Sequence record: MK599315.1
DNA: 64,000 bases
Strand: one strand, 5' to 3'
The notes below the pieces were generated by a model that was not told the origin of the DNA, did not search any database, and worked only from the letters and a program-made list of their open reading frames with translations. The translations under genes and the position numbers were made by a program. This document shows, in pieces, positions 40,911 through 50,709 of this stretch (its first letter is position 1; every line of letters starts with the position of its first letter).

Positions 40911-40963
40911 CAACCTTATGTAGTTTAAACTCACGAAATCCCCCGCAATTGTGGAGTATATAA

Positions 40964-42724
40964 ATGGCCCGCGCTAACCTTTTCGATCTGTGCCGTAGCA
41001 TCTCTAACGAATCCATTACTGAAGAAGTAGAGAACAAAGCTGCTGGTACTGTCACTGAAGCCTCCGATCAGAACGTGGATCTGGAAGGCAAGAAAGATCT
41101 CGAACCTCAACTGAAGAGTGATGAGGGCGAAAAGCCTGATGCTGATGATGTTGATGCTTCGGTCACTAACACACAGACTAGTGAACCAGGTCCCACTGAA
41201 GGTGGTGGCGATGGTACTGCCGAAACTGTAGATGTGACCAATGTTCATACTTCGGACACCGTTGAGAATCACGTAACCGCCGTTGACCAAACTGGTCTTG
41301 GGGATGTTGGTTCTGCACATGACGAAGTATCGGCTGACGATGATAACGTCGCTACCACTACTTCTGTAGAAGAACACACTGATGGTCTCGATACCATCGA
41401 ATCTGGTGAAACTGAATCCGTTGGCGAAGCTGACGACATGGTACAGGACATCGATGAAGCTGTTGAAGCTCTTACTGCCGATGGCCTTACATCCGCTACT
41501 GATGCCAAAGGTGCCGTTGTAAACGAGATTGCTTCGGATATGGGCGACATTGAAAACGCCAAAGCTTCCGTTGAGCGTTATCTTGGTATCCTGCGTGGCA
41601 TGCGTGAAAACGGCTATGAAGTTACTAACGAGCTGGCTGAGTCGATGCGTGTCGGTCTGGAAATGATTGATCCTGATTTCTTCTCTGATACCGTGGTATC
41701 CGTTGAAGAACTTGACGACAGCGATAAGCATACTTCTGCTCGTGATGCTACTGAAAGCAAACTCACTGCTAAGATGAAGTCTTTGCTGGAAGCAGCCCGT
41801 AATGTTCTGATGCGTATCTTCAACGCATTGATGGACTTCTGGCGCTCCTTTACTCAAGATGCTACCAAACTGAAAGAACGTCTGCGTACTCTCCGTAGTA
41901 AAGTAGGTACTCTTGATGGTGGTAAGCAGATTAAGATTGGTGGTCTTCAACGTCTGTCCATTGGTAAAGAATTCGTTGGCGATAGTCCTGAAGCTATTAA
42001 GCGTGTTGAGAATACCGCTGATATCGTTCTCATCAACTGGCCGAGCAAACTTGCTGAAATTCTGAAGAAGTTTGATGATAAATCTACTTACTACTTCGGC
42101 GTTCAAAGCGGTCTCGCTCCTGAAATGCTCGATGCGATCGATGACATTCTGTCTAACTCCTTCCGTGGATTCAAGAACGTTAATTCCAACGAGAAAGATA
42201 AAGTTCCGAGTGGTATGTTGAATAGCACCTCGGTTCATATGTCCGAAGTTCTTCCGGGTAACCGTGCAATGTTCGTTGGTGTGAACACCGATTACGCAGC
42301 CGATAAGACTTTCAACTTCAACAACGCTATTAATATCAACTTCTCGGTTATTCCGGGCGGCGATAGCTATGGTGGTGCCGATACCATCAAAACGATGTCT
42401 GCTGGTGAAGCAGTTTCTGTTATTCGCGCTACCGAGCAACTGATCAATAAAGTTGAAGCAGCTGTTGAAGGTCGTAGCAAGCTGAATGAACTCGCCCAAC
42501 GGGTTAACCAGAAAGGATCTAGCTTCCTGTTTGGTGCACTGATGACCGGTGATGAGAACTCGGCTATTTCCAGTCTGCTTGCCATTACTCTGGCTCGTCA
42601 AACTGCTAATGCTAACCATCTGTTTACAGGTTATTGCCTGAACCTGGTTAAAGCTGAAATCGCTGTTATTGAAGCCATGCTGAAAGCTGAACATGGTGAT
42701 GTTATCGAAGGCGAGAAAGCCTAA
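40964..42724 (+). CDS. inner-body/head ejection protein of the gp93/gp162 paralogue family
   Basis: 586 aa; long acidic propeptide ending near VSVEE; SD GGAG; TATG at 40917; strong codon bias. Confidence 0.7.
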   Translation: MARANLFDLCRSISNESITEEVENKAAGTVTEASDQNVDLEGKKDLEPQLKSDEGEKPDADDVDASVTNTQTSEPGPTEGGGDGTAETVDVTNVHTSDTVENHVTAVDQTGLGDVGSAHDEVSADDDNVATTTSVEEHTDGLDTIESGETESVGEADDMVQDIDEAVEALTADGLTSATDAKGAVVNEIASDMGDIENAKASVERYLGILRGMRENGYEVTNELAESMRVGLEMIDPDFFSDTVVSVEELDDSDKHTSARDATESKLTAKMKSLLEAARNVLMRIFNALMDFWRSFTQDATKLKERLRTLRSKVGTLDGGKQIKIGGLQRLSIGKEFVGDSPEAIKRVENTADIVLINWPSKLAEILKKFDDKSTYYFGVQSGLAPEMLDAIDDILSNSFRGFKNVNSNEKDKVPSGMLNSTSVHMSEVLPGNRAMFVGVNTDYAADKTFNFNNAININFSVIPGGDSYGGADTIKTMSAGEAVSVIRATEQLINKVEAAVEGRSKLNELAQRVNQKGSSFLFGALMTGDENSAISSLLAITLARQTANANHLFTGYCLNLVKAEIAVIEAMLKAEHGDVIEGEKA

Positions 42725-42734
42725 GGGTGAAAGC

Positions 42735-43919
42735 ATGTCCTATCTGGCACAATGGAATGAAGTATCTGAAGACCTGAGTAAGATTCAGCGTCTTGGTTCT
42801 TCTCTAGAGCGCTACCGCGATCTGCTAGCTGGACGTGACGTTGTAACAGGGGCTACTGCTGATGTTATCTCGGTAGCCCTTGAGAGTATTGACCCTGACT
42901 TTGATATCAAAGAAGGTTCTAAAATTACTCTGAGAGCAATCAAAGAAGGCATTATCGCGGCGGCGAAAGCCACCCGCGATATTGTCCGCTACATCTGGGA
43001 ATTGCTTAACTCTTTCTACGTCAAATTCACCGGTAGCATTCGTCGTGTTCGTCGCACACAAGAAAGCATTAGTCGACGCTTAGGTAAACTAGGCTCGGCA
43101 ACTACTTACCAGAAAATGTCTGTAGCTGGTGTACAACGTCTATCTATTGATGGTAACTTCGTGGGGTTAGACCTTAACCACTTGAACGACATCAAAGATC
43201 TAACCAACTACATTCTCAACCATTATCCTAAATCGGTTGCAAAGATTGCACGGAACAGTTCTCGACAGTTCCTGAATATCTTGGATAAATCTAAGGATGC
43301 TAGCTCTAATGAAGTAGCTGGTGAGGTTGTAGAAGCATTTGCAAATATCCTCCAACGTGATTTTACCCCTCCGCCTGGTCATGCCCCTCTCCAACAGAGA
43401 GAACTGACTACTGCGGAAAAAGGTGTCCATCGTTCGGTTGTCCTACCTGGCAACGTAGCGTTCATCTATACACCACCTGACGTTATCAGTCAGATGTTGA
43501 ATAATAGTAAAGTCGCTAACGAGGATGTTGTAAGACGTTCGTTTACAATGCAGTTCGCTGAGCTACAGCTAAATGTAGCTGACCGTTCTGAACGTGAGAT
43601 TGATGTACCTTCTGTCCGTACTCTTAGTGAGATCACTCAGTTGATCTCCAGCATCCTTTCTCTAGCAGAGAAAGCTGAAACGGGTCAGCGGGACTTCTCC
43701 ACGGTCAAAGTAGTTGTAGACGACGCTATTCGACAGATCGCTGAAGCGGGTGAAGAGGCAGGTAAATCCTATAATTCTGTTCTCTCTATTATCGGCGAGA
43801 TTTCGAAGAAGTTAGCTGAACCAATGGGTTTCTATACTCACTGGCTGGCTGTATCGCTTAATGTGTATTTGACTTTCATTAGTCATTGCATCAAGCATTA
43901 CGAAGCTGAAGGCGTATAA
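42735..43919 (+). CDS. inner-body/head protein paralogue (gp163-like)
   Basis: 394 aa; VALE cleavage-type motif; shares GxQRLSIxxxFVG, VLPGNxA and MxxxE/SV blocks with the upstream gene. Confidence 0.7.
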   Translation: MSYLAQWNEVSEDLSKIQRLGSSLERYRDLLAGRDVVTGATADVISVALESIDPDFDIKEGSKITLRAIKEGIIAAAKATRDIVRYIWELLNSFYVKFTGSIRRVRRTQESISRRLGKLGSATTYQKMSVAGVQRLSIDGNFVGLDLNHLNDIKDLTNYILNHYPKSVAKIARNSSRQFLNILDKSKDASSNEVAGEVVEAFANILQRDFTPPPGHAPLQQRELTTAEKGVHRSVVLPGNVAFIYTPPDVISQMLNNSKVANEDVVRRSFTMQFAELQLNVADRSEREIDVPSVRTLSEITQLISSILSLAEKAETGQRDFSTVKVVVDDAIRQIAEAGEEAGKSYNSVLSIIGEISKKLAEPMGFYTHWLAVSLNVYLTFISHCIKHYEAEGV

Positions 43920-43961
43920 CGGCATATCGCCCCTACCGAATGGTAGGGGCTTTATGTTGTC
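43920..43961. terminator. bidirectional hairpin terminator
   Basis: cggcatatcgcccctacc-gaat-ggtaggggctttatgttg between convergent genes. Confidence 0.85.
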
Positions 43962-44226
43962 AACCGCTACTAGTCGCATCGGGTCTACCGGTTGCAGTAT
44001 GACCACAGCTAGCGGACATTCCTTGCAGAACAATTGGCACGCCTTTAATAAAAGCTTTCGTTGAAGCTTGTACCATGTTTGCGCTGTTATGTGGAGATCG
44101 CCCATGACCATCTACGGGATCACCTAATACAGCAATTGGATTACCTTTATAGAAGCCGGTTGAATTACCACTTGGTCTTATTGTTCCACCAGCAGAATCT
44201 ATATTACAAACAGCTATACCAGGCAT
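43960..44226 (-). CDS. PAAR-repeat spike tip protein (phiKZ gp163.1-like)
   Basis: 88 aa from MPGIAVC; G.PIAVLGD.V..H...PH and IKGVPIV..G....CGH metal-binding pattern; TAATG overlap with the spike gene. Confidence 0.85.
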   Translation of the reverse strand: MPGIAVCNIDSAGGTIRPSGNSTGFYKGNPIAVLGDPVDGHGRSPHNSANMVQASTKAFIKGVPIVLQGMSASCGHTATGRPDATSSG

Positions 44227-45035
44227 TAGACAATATCCCATCTTCCAGTTTGTTCGATAATGTGACCCGCCACAGTTGTATGTGTCCCACTACTCGTTAG
44301 TGTAGTATTAGACGTATTACTGTTAATCGAATCTGGTCGCAGCTCAAGAGTTGTTCCGCCCACGGTCATTTTGATATGATCATCCGCAGACATTTCGATC
44401 CATTGCCGTTCTACCTTAACAAAAGAGTTGTCCGAGTTTATTAATTGTACACGTCGTTCAGTTGAATCAAGTTCTATAAGCTGACCAACATCGTCTTTAA
44501 TATAGACTGCGCCATAATCAGTATTAATTTGGAATGTGTATGCGAAAGGTTCTCCATTTGCTTTAGATGTACCGATTGTCCAGTGTTTGTCATGTGCTGA
44601 TATAGCCATGAAATAACACGTGCTAAAATCGATACCACCGCCACCAGGTTTGGGCGAAGCATTCCATGCAAATACAACGGATTCTAATGTACGAAGATTG
44701 TTACGAAGACCCATACACCGCCAATAGTACTGATCGGTGTCTCCCATTCGCCAAATCTCTACGATCTCGTTACGACGTACATCTGGTGGAGTAACACGGT
44801 TGTCTTCGTTCGGTAGCCATTCACAGTTAGTCGTTCTAGTTGTAGTAGCTTTAACATTATACTGATTACCCTCGGCATCGAAACCTTGTAGTGTTTCCTG
44901 CAATGGGTCAAACGTTACTTCACCATCAGTACCAGTGGCGAGCTCTACAGGTAAAACGTCCACATGTCTTGAAGAACGTTCTTTGTTTGCAGCTACTCTA
45001 CCAATACTTACTAATTTGAAAATTGAAGCTTCCAT
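44226..45035 (-). CDS. baseplate central spike protein (phiKZ gp164-like, gpV/VgrG-type)
   Basis: 269 aa; OB-like N-terminus (PPDV...E.VEIW), beta-helix-like C-terminus; directly upstream of PAAR. Confidence 0.75.
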   Translation of the reverse strand: MEASIFKLVSIGRVAANKERSSRHVDVLPVELATGTDGEVTFDPLQETLQGFDAEGNQYNVKATTTRTTNCEWLPNEDNRVTPPDVRRNEIVEIWRMGDTDQYYWRCMGLRNNLRTLESVVFAWNASPKPGGGGIDFSTCYFMAISAHDKHWTIGTSKANGEPFAYTFQINTDYGAVYIKDDVGQLIELDSTERRVQLINSDNSFVKVERQWIEMSADDHIKMTVGGTTLELRPDSINSNTSNTTLTSSGTHTTVAGHIIEQTGRWDIV

Positions 45036-45103
45036 ATGTTCCTCTGAATAATTACTGGTAACCTTAGTTCTATAGGGTAACGTACGATTTTAAGGGCTTA
45101 CCA

Positions 45104-47596
45104 ATGCAAATCACTCTACTGCGTTTGAAAAAATTCAAACGACTTATGACGGCAAATATCCAATTCTTCGAATGGACTCCCACTAAGAACATGATGATTA
45201 TACTCGGTTCTAATGGTTCGGGTAAATCGTCAGTTATGGATGAACTAACTCCATTGCCATCTCGACATACAAACTTTGATAAAGATGGTTTTAAAGAATT
45301 CCATTGCTACCATAATGGAAGCCTTTATGTACTTCATTCGGTATATGGTCATGGTACTGGTCGTCACTCTTTCAAACGGGATAATGAAGAGTTGAATAGC
45401 GGCGGTACATATAAAATCCAAGAAGAACTCTGTCTACAAGAGTTTGGACTTACGCGTGAAATCCATGAGATTGCAACTGGTCGAGTTAAATTTACCGCTA
45501 TGTCTACAGCAAAGCGCCGCGAGATTCTTACGCGGATGTCAACTGTTGATTTGACTTATGCGTTAGATGTATACAGAGACATTAAACAGGAACATCGCAG
45601 TCAGAAAGGTGTCATCGATCTAATCACAAAACGCCTAGTCACTGAAAATCACGATATCTTTAGTGATAGTGAAATGACACTGATGCGTGAAGAGACCTCT
45701 CGTCTTACTAAGCGATTGAATAAACTCTTCCAAGAAAAGCAAAATGATGTTCGACCTGCTTTCCAGAATGTGCAACAAGCTGAAAACGAACTCGAATCTA
45801 TTCTGAATGATGCACGCGCTTGCCTACGTGATTATCCAATGTTACCGGCCGCTATTCGTGTAGCTAACCATGGAGAATTCCAGGCAGAATTCAATCGGGT
45901 ATCGGAGCAATACTCTTCGATCAATGCAGTGATTAATCGTCTTGCAGAAGAACTAGAAAAGCTTCGTACTAACTCTCCATCGGCGATTGAAATATCGGAA
46001 GATGATGTTAATGCATTGAAACAACAGCATGCTGCGAATCTGGCGAATGTTGAATCGTGTATTAACTCGATGAAAACTTATACTGGTCAATTTCCAATTA
46101 TTAAGTTTAATACAGCCGGTGCTGATCCTATTTGTAAGTTGGATGGAATGTTCGACCGATGGTTTGATCTGTTAACTAGTTTCCCTGATAACGGTGACGG
46201 TTGGATGAATCGGGAAGAAGCAACCAAACGACAGAACCGTCAGAAAGAACTTAGGAATATTTACGCACAAGTCTCAGATAAAATCGAGCAGGCTAATTCC
46301 AGGTTGTCGCGTTTGAAAGGTTGTGAATCTGTGGTATGTCCATCTTGTACCCATGAATTTAAACCTGGTGTAGATCCATCTGAAACGGATATGCTTGAAG
46401 CTTCTAAAGTTAAACTCCACGAAGCTATCGATCGTATCGAAGCAGAACAAAAAGAGAACGAAGAATATCTTGAGAAATTCCAGGACTATTCAAGTTATGT
46501 TTTCCAGTACATGTCTTTGACAAAAGACTACCCAGAGTTTAATGAACTGTGGGATTATTGTGCAACTAACATGACAATGTATCGGACTCCTGCATTGCAT
46601 AAGACTGATGCTTTGCAATGGCATACAGCCATGCGGAGTTATGTCAAATCCCGTACTGAACTAGAGCTTGCTACTAATATCGAGAAACGTCTTAAAGTTA
46701 TCGCTGAGATAGACCAAGATGCAATCGGTTATATGAAACGCCGCGCTGAAGAATTGGAAACTGAAATTAACATCATGTATGTTAAAGCTTCAGATATCAA
46801 TCAGTATATGCAAGATCTACGGTCCGGTGAACAATCTATTCTACGTAACAATAAACGTATCCATGATGTCCTGGACCGTTATGAAATGTGGAAAGATAAA
46901 GTAGAGCGTCATTCGGAGTATTTGCTTGATAGAGCCTATACCGAAGAGATAGGAACCATCCAGGTAAAACTCGCTGAAACAACGCGACAGCTCACACAGA
47001 TGGAACAACGTGAAACGACCATACGTACGCTTGAAAACGAAGTAACAAATGCTACTGAAGTACATAGCGATCTTGGTATTCTAATTAAGTCGTTATCTCC
47101 AAACGGCGGATTGTTGGGTCGATATATGCTTGGCTTCTTGCAGGGTGTTACTTACATTGTCAATGCATTCATTGACGAGGTGTGGACATACCCAATGGAA
47201 GTACTACCTTCTAAAGTTGAAAAGGAGGAGTTAGACTACAACTTCCCTCTCAAAGTAGCAGGTGGTCAAGTAATGGCACCTGACATTTCGTATGGTTCCG
47301 ATAGTCAATTGGAAATCGTTAACTTTGCATTCAAGATGGCTATTCTGAAGTTCCTCGGTCTTGAAGACATGCCATTGTATCTTGATGAATTTGGTCGTAC
47401 GTTTGATGAACAACACCGCGCAAACTTAATCCCGTTTATCTCTCGTCTTATCGAGAACGGTCAATTTAAACAAGTGTTCTTTATCAGCCACTTCCAGTCT
47501 ACTCATGGTGCTTTCAATAATACAGAAGTAGTTGTTATTAACCCAACTAATATCACCGTACCTGAAGCTTATAACAAGAACGTAGTTATCAAGTGA
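45104..47596 (+). CDS. sbcC: SbcC/Rad50-like SMC ATPase (phiKZ gp165-like)
   Basis: Walker A GSNGSGKS, coiled coils with a CPSC zinc hook, signature-like SYGSDSQ, Walker B LYLDEFG, H-loop ISH. Confidence 0.9.
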   Translation: MQITLLRLKKFKRLMTANIQFFEWTPTKNMMIILGSNGSGKSSVMDELTPLPSRHTNFDKDGFKEFHCYHNGSLYVLHSVYGHGTGRHSFKRDNEELNSGGTYKIQEELCLQEFGLTREIHEIATGRVKFTAMSTAKRREILTRMSTVDLTYALDVYRDIKQEHRSQKGVIDLITKRLVTENHDIFSDSEMTLMREETSRLTKRLNKLFQEKQNDVRPAFQNVQQAENELESILNDARACLRDYPMLPAAIRVANHGEFQAEFNRVSEQYSSINAVINRLAEELEKLRTNSPSAIEISEDDVNALKQQHAANLANVESCINSMKTYTGQFPIIKFNTAGADPICKLDGMFDRWFDLLTSFPDNGDGWMNREEATKRQNRQKELRNIYAQVSDKIEQANSRLSRLKGCESVVCPSCTHEFKPGVDPSETDMLEASKVKLHEAIDRIEAEQKENEEYLEKFQDYSSYVFQYMSLTKDYPEFNELWDYCATNMTMYRTPALHKTDALQWHTAMRSYVKSRTELELATNIEKRLKVIAEIDQDAIGYMKRRAEELETEINIMYVKASDINQYMQDLRSGEQSILRNNKRIHDVLDRYEMWKDKVERHSEYLLDRAYTEEIGTIQVKLAETTRQLTQMEQRETTIRTLENEVTNATEVHSDLGILIKSLSPNGGLLGRYMLGFLQGVTYIVNAFIDEVWTYPMEVLPSKVEKEELDYNFPLKVAGGQVMAPDISYGSDSQLEIVNFAFKMAILKFLGLEDMPLYLDEFGRTFDEQHRANLIPFISRLIENGQFKQVFFISHFQSTHGAFNNTEVVVINPTNITVPEAYNKNVVIK

Positions 47597-47626
47597 GTAC
47601 AAGGTAATCTGTTTGGAGTCTATCAA

Positions 47627-47971
47627 ATGACCGAAAAAGAGAGAGTAGAGTTGCTGGAGATTATCTTCGATAACTTCTATTACCTACTTATACCACATTA
47701 CCGACATGATCTTTCAGCCATCACTGGTCGGTTTGAATATGTGTTTAAAGAGCAAGCGAGATTATTGTTGGGGGATCTACGTATAGAAGTACCTCATATT
47801 AGGTCTAAAACGCTCTTTACGGTGGCGATCAATGAAACACGTGTCCTTGTAGTAGAATGGGAAGAAGGTGTTAAGGTGGAGCTCCTAGAAGGTTTAAATG
47901 GACAACTCTGGCGCTCCCTGTTGAAGGCTATAGTTGGTAGTTCATCGTACGTCCTAAGAGCATCATGCTAA
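47627..47971 (+). CDS. hypothetical protein
   Basis: 114 aa ORF followed by a terminator. Confidence 0.6.
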   Translation: MTEKERVELLEIIFDNFYYLLIPHYRHDLSAITGRFEYVFKEQARLLLGDLRIEVPHIRSKTLFTVAINETRVLVVEWEEGVKVELLEGLNGQLWRSLLKAIVGSSSYVLRASC

Positions 47972-47972
47972 T

Positions 47973-48003
47973 ATAAAAGCCTCCCTTCGGGGAGGCTTTA
48001 TGT
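47973..48003 (+). terminator. hairpin terminator
   Basis: taaaagcctccc-ttcg-gggaggctttatg. Confidence 0.85.
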
Positions 48004-48020
48004 TATCTTACATTTAAAGC

Positions 48021-48039
48021 ATTTTAAACCCTATATTAC
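48021..48039 (+). promoter_or_regulatory. phiKZ-type early promoter (virion RNAP)
   Basis: attttaaaccc-TATATTAC, matching the phiKZ early consensus; upstream of a small-gene cluster. Confidence 0.8.
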
Positions 48040-48076
48040 AAATGTGATAAAACTACCTATGTAAAAGGAAATTACC

Positions 48077-48388
48077 ATGAATATTCAAACCAATGTACTC
48101 CTTGAGTGTGGTTACCGTGATGGTGACAAAAACAAATCGATAGCAATCTATCGCTTCGAGCAGACTCTTCCAGGACGAGACCTTTCTTATTTTGCAGTAA
48201 GTAGTATCGATCCTAAAGAAGACCTCGATAAGTTCTTGGTATATGCCAAGTTCTTTAACACTCGCTCCGTTTCAACTGCATACTTGCACGCGTTCATGAA
48301 ATATGATTCTGGTCAGGATTTCACTGAACAAGATTATCATGACATGAATGTAGGTAAGTGCTACGAAGAGCTTCTCGCTGACGTTTAA
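48077..48388 (+). CDS. early hypothetical protein
   Basis: 103 aa, SD AAGGA. Confidence 0.7.
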   Translation: MNIQTNVLLECGYRDGDKNKSIAIYRFEQTLPGRDLSYFAVSSIDPKEDLDKFLVYAKFFNTRSVSTAYLHAFMKYDSGQDFTEQDYHDMNVGKCYEELLADV

Positions 48389-48403
48389 CGTCAAGGACTA
48401 GTC

Positions 48404-48760
48404 ATGTTTAACGTAGACAGTATCAATCGGTTAGCTAAGCGTATACGCCTTATTAAAGGGTGTCCCGCTCGGATGTTTGTTACACTGAGATCAGAGCATG
48501 GGCATTACTATGATCTTGATATCAGTGGTGACGCTTTCATCTTTGTAATGCGTAATGGCCGACCAGATGCTACTGTTTACGGTCATTATAAAGAGGATGT
48601 TGGTGGGTACATCCAATTGACTCAATGGACATGTACGCTGACTGACGACGAAGTTGGAGACCTTCTCCACACAATAGATCGTACTATCGCACTGCATACA
48701 GAATGCAATTACATTGTACTTGCTAACAAACATCTTTTTAAGGATACATTTCATGTTTAA
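48404..48760 (+). CDS. early hypothetical protein
   Basis: 118 aa, SD AAGGA. Confidence 0.7.
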   Translation: MFNVDSINRLAKRIRLIKGCPARMFVTLRSEHGHYYDLDISGDAFIFVMRNGRPDATVYGHYKEDVGGYIQLTQWTCTLTDDEVGDLLHTIDRTIALHTECNYIVLANKHLFKDTFHV

Positions 48761-49448
48761 CAAAGATCTCTCGCGTGACGTAGCAATTGGTGTAACGTAC
48801 TCCATCGATTTCCTTTGCCAGGTTTATGGCGTCAAGAATTCGCTGGATATGATTTCTTCTGAAGGTTCAAACCAGTCTCTTATCGATATCGCGCACGTAC
48901 CTATATTCCACCGTAGGGTTCCGATGAACCTGGTTCGATCGGCTTCCAACTCCACTGGTTGGAAATATCATGAACGTGATACCAATGAAGAGACCTGGAA
49001 AATGATGGACCTTACGGATGAAAAATTCCGTGAGTTCGTAATTCCTCTGGATGCTTATAATAAGATCCTGAAGTCCACTCCACCGACTGGCGTATGGGCA
49101 GCTGTATCGGGCCTATTCAATTCCATGTCGGCTTCCGAAGCATGCGATATTCTTTTCGGTAAAGCTACTTACGGTGAAGCCTTTGCTGTCTCAGAGGAAC
49201 GTCGTCGTAAAGAGGCCGAGGAAGCCGCCAAAAAGGCTGTATATCGCACGATAGTGAAAGAGCTGCATCGTCAGGTCTCTGAGACCCAAAACGTCATAGA
49301 CGCCATGGAGCGCTCCTCTTTCATTGAACGCTTGCTTCGCACTGGTGAATACGGTGACGTCTACCGTATTGTTTTCATCGATCTGTACACTCAACACTTC
49401 GGTACTCCCCCGCGGGATAACGAGTGGAAAGGTACGGCACTTTTCTAA
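48753..49448 (+). CDS. early hypothetical protein
   Basis: 231 aa from the ATG after AAGGA; noticeably more GC-rich codons. Confidence 0.7.
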   Translation: MFNKDLSRDVAIGVTYSIDFLCQVYGVKNSLDMISSEGSNQSLIDIAHVPIFHRRVPMNLVRSASNSTGWKYHERDTNEETWKMMDLTDEKFREFVIPLDAYNKILKSTPPTGVWAAVSGLFNSMSASEACDILFGKATYGEAFAVSEERRRKEAEEAAKKAVYRTIVKELHRQVSETQNVIDAMERSSFIERLLRTGEYGDVYRIVFIDLYTQHFGTPPRDNEWKGTALF

Positions 49449-49484
49449 TCAACATAAATTCAACCCCAACGAAAGGAATATACA

Positions 49485-49877
49485 ATGACTACTCTTGCTC
49501 AGAAATACGCTGGCCACCTCGTTAACCTGACCGCGACGGCTGGTAATCTGGCTACCCTCACTCGCGATATCCTGAACAACGCCGACAACCGTTCGTTCAT
49601 GGATGATGTTCGTGAAGCGTCCGATATGTCTCTGTCTCACCTGCAACAGCTCGTGGAGATGGACATGAAGACGATTGAACGTAACATGGCTCTTCTCAAG
49701 GCTGCTCTGTACGTCCAAGACGTAGAGCTGGCCAACGGTAAGGGCGACTGGCGTGAGGTTGCCGATACCGAACACACCATCAAAGCGGTGGTGGCGCTTC
49801 GTCGCAATATCCCCGAACTGTCCGTATCGGAAGCGAAGGCGGTCGTCGAAGGTTACAAAGCTGGTATCTTCAAGTAA
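49485..49877 (+). CDS. early protein with a C-terminal ribosomal protein bL12 (L7/L12) CTD-like motif
   Basis: TIKAVVALRRNIPELSVSEAKAVVE resembles bL12 KIAVIKAVR...GLGLKEAKDLVE; SD AAGGA; host-like codons. Confidence 0.6.
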   Translation: MTTLAQKYAGHLVNLTATAGNLATLTRDILNNADNRSFMDDVREASDMSLSHLQQLVEMDMKTIERNMALLKAALYVQDVELANGKGDWREVADTEHTIKAVVALRRNIPELSVSEAKAVVEGYKAGIFK

Positions 49878-49887
49878 GTTGTAAATA

Positions 49888-49924
49888 GGCATATGCCCTC
49901 TCCTTCGGGAGAGGGCTTTATGTC
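49888..49924 (+). terminator. hairpin terminator (CATA..TATG family)
   Basis: ggcatatgccctctcc-ttcg-ggagagggctttatg. Confidence 0.85.
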
Positions 49925-49944
49925 AATAAAATTTTTTTCAGATC

Positions 49945-49952
49945 TATATTAC
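49945..49952 (+). promoter_or_regulatory. phiKZ-type early promoter
   Basis: TATATTAC after an AT-rich tract, 50 nt upstream of an ATG with a GAGGTG SD. Confidence 0.75.
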
Positions 49953-50001
49953 CTAATTGAGCCGTATCTAAGGATACCGTTCGTTTAAAGAGGTGACTAA
50001 C

Positions 50002-50145
50002 ATGAACTGGAAAACTTTGACCGCTATTAGCATCGGCGTATTCATTGGTGCTACCATTGTATTCGGAGGAGATCTATTCACGACTAATCAGAATGATGAA
50101 ACTACTGTCGATGAGGCAGATGCAACTCCAATCAACGTAGAATGA
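50002..50145 (+). CDS. 47 aa membrane peptide (below the ORF-track cut-off)
   Basis: MNWKTLTAISIGVFIGATIVFGGDLF... with SD GAGGTG and an ATGA overlap into the next gene. Confidence 0.75.
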   Translation: MNWKTLTAISIGVFIGATIVFGGDLFTTNQNDETTVDEADATPINVE

Positions 50146-50582
50146 CTTACCGCAGCATAGAGGTCCTTAGGAGCCACTTTGCTGTCGATCATTTAACGGA
50201 TCTGTTGTACATAGATTCGGTAAGAGAACAGATTGAACATTTCCGTTTCTATTACCGTGGTACTGAAAGACATATCTGTAAAGAGAAAGGCGAGTATTGG
50301 TGTCTTCATAGAGGACGTAATGGGGAGTGGGTTAAAGAGCAACTCACTGAAACAATCCTTTCTGAATTTAAGGTACTCGATCACGAATGGCGTATACTTG
50401 CTGGCATTGAGTTAGATGATACTACTGAAGTAAAAGAAGAACAAAAGGAGTATTATGATTACTTGAAACAAAATGAAAAGAAAGTAGAAGAGGAGAGTGC
50501 TAGTGAATTGATGGCAGCATTGTTCATGGGAACAATGTTTACTGTAACAAGTTGCCACATCTATCGGATGTGGAATAAGTAG
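50142..50582 (+). CDS. early hypothetical protein
   Basis: 146 aa, coupled to the upstream peptide; hydrophobic C-terminus. Confidence 0.65.
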   Translation: MTYRSIEVLRSHFAVDHLTDLLYIDSVREQIEHFRFYYRGTERHICKEKGEYWCLHRGRNGEWVKEQLTETILSEFKVLDHEWRILAGIELDDTTEVKEEQKEYYDYLKQNEKKVEEESASELMAALFMGTMFTVTSCHIYRMWNK

Positions 50583-50709
50583 TTTGAGTGATGTTTGTTC
50601 ATGGGAATATTTACCTGATAGGTAAGGATATGTAGGACTAAGAATAAGGAGGGGACTCTTTATATTCTTTTATCCTACAGTTCTTTTAAATAGACCTAGG
50701 TAAATACTC

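Noticed and set aside
40931-42736. 601 aa antisense ORF
   Set aside because: Same codon-bias shadow, opposite the gp162-like head protein.
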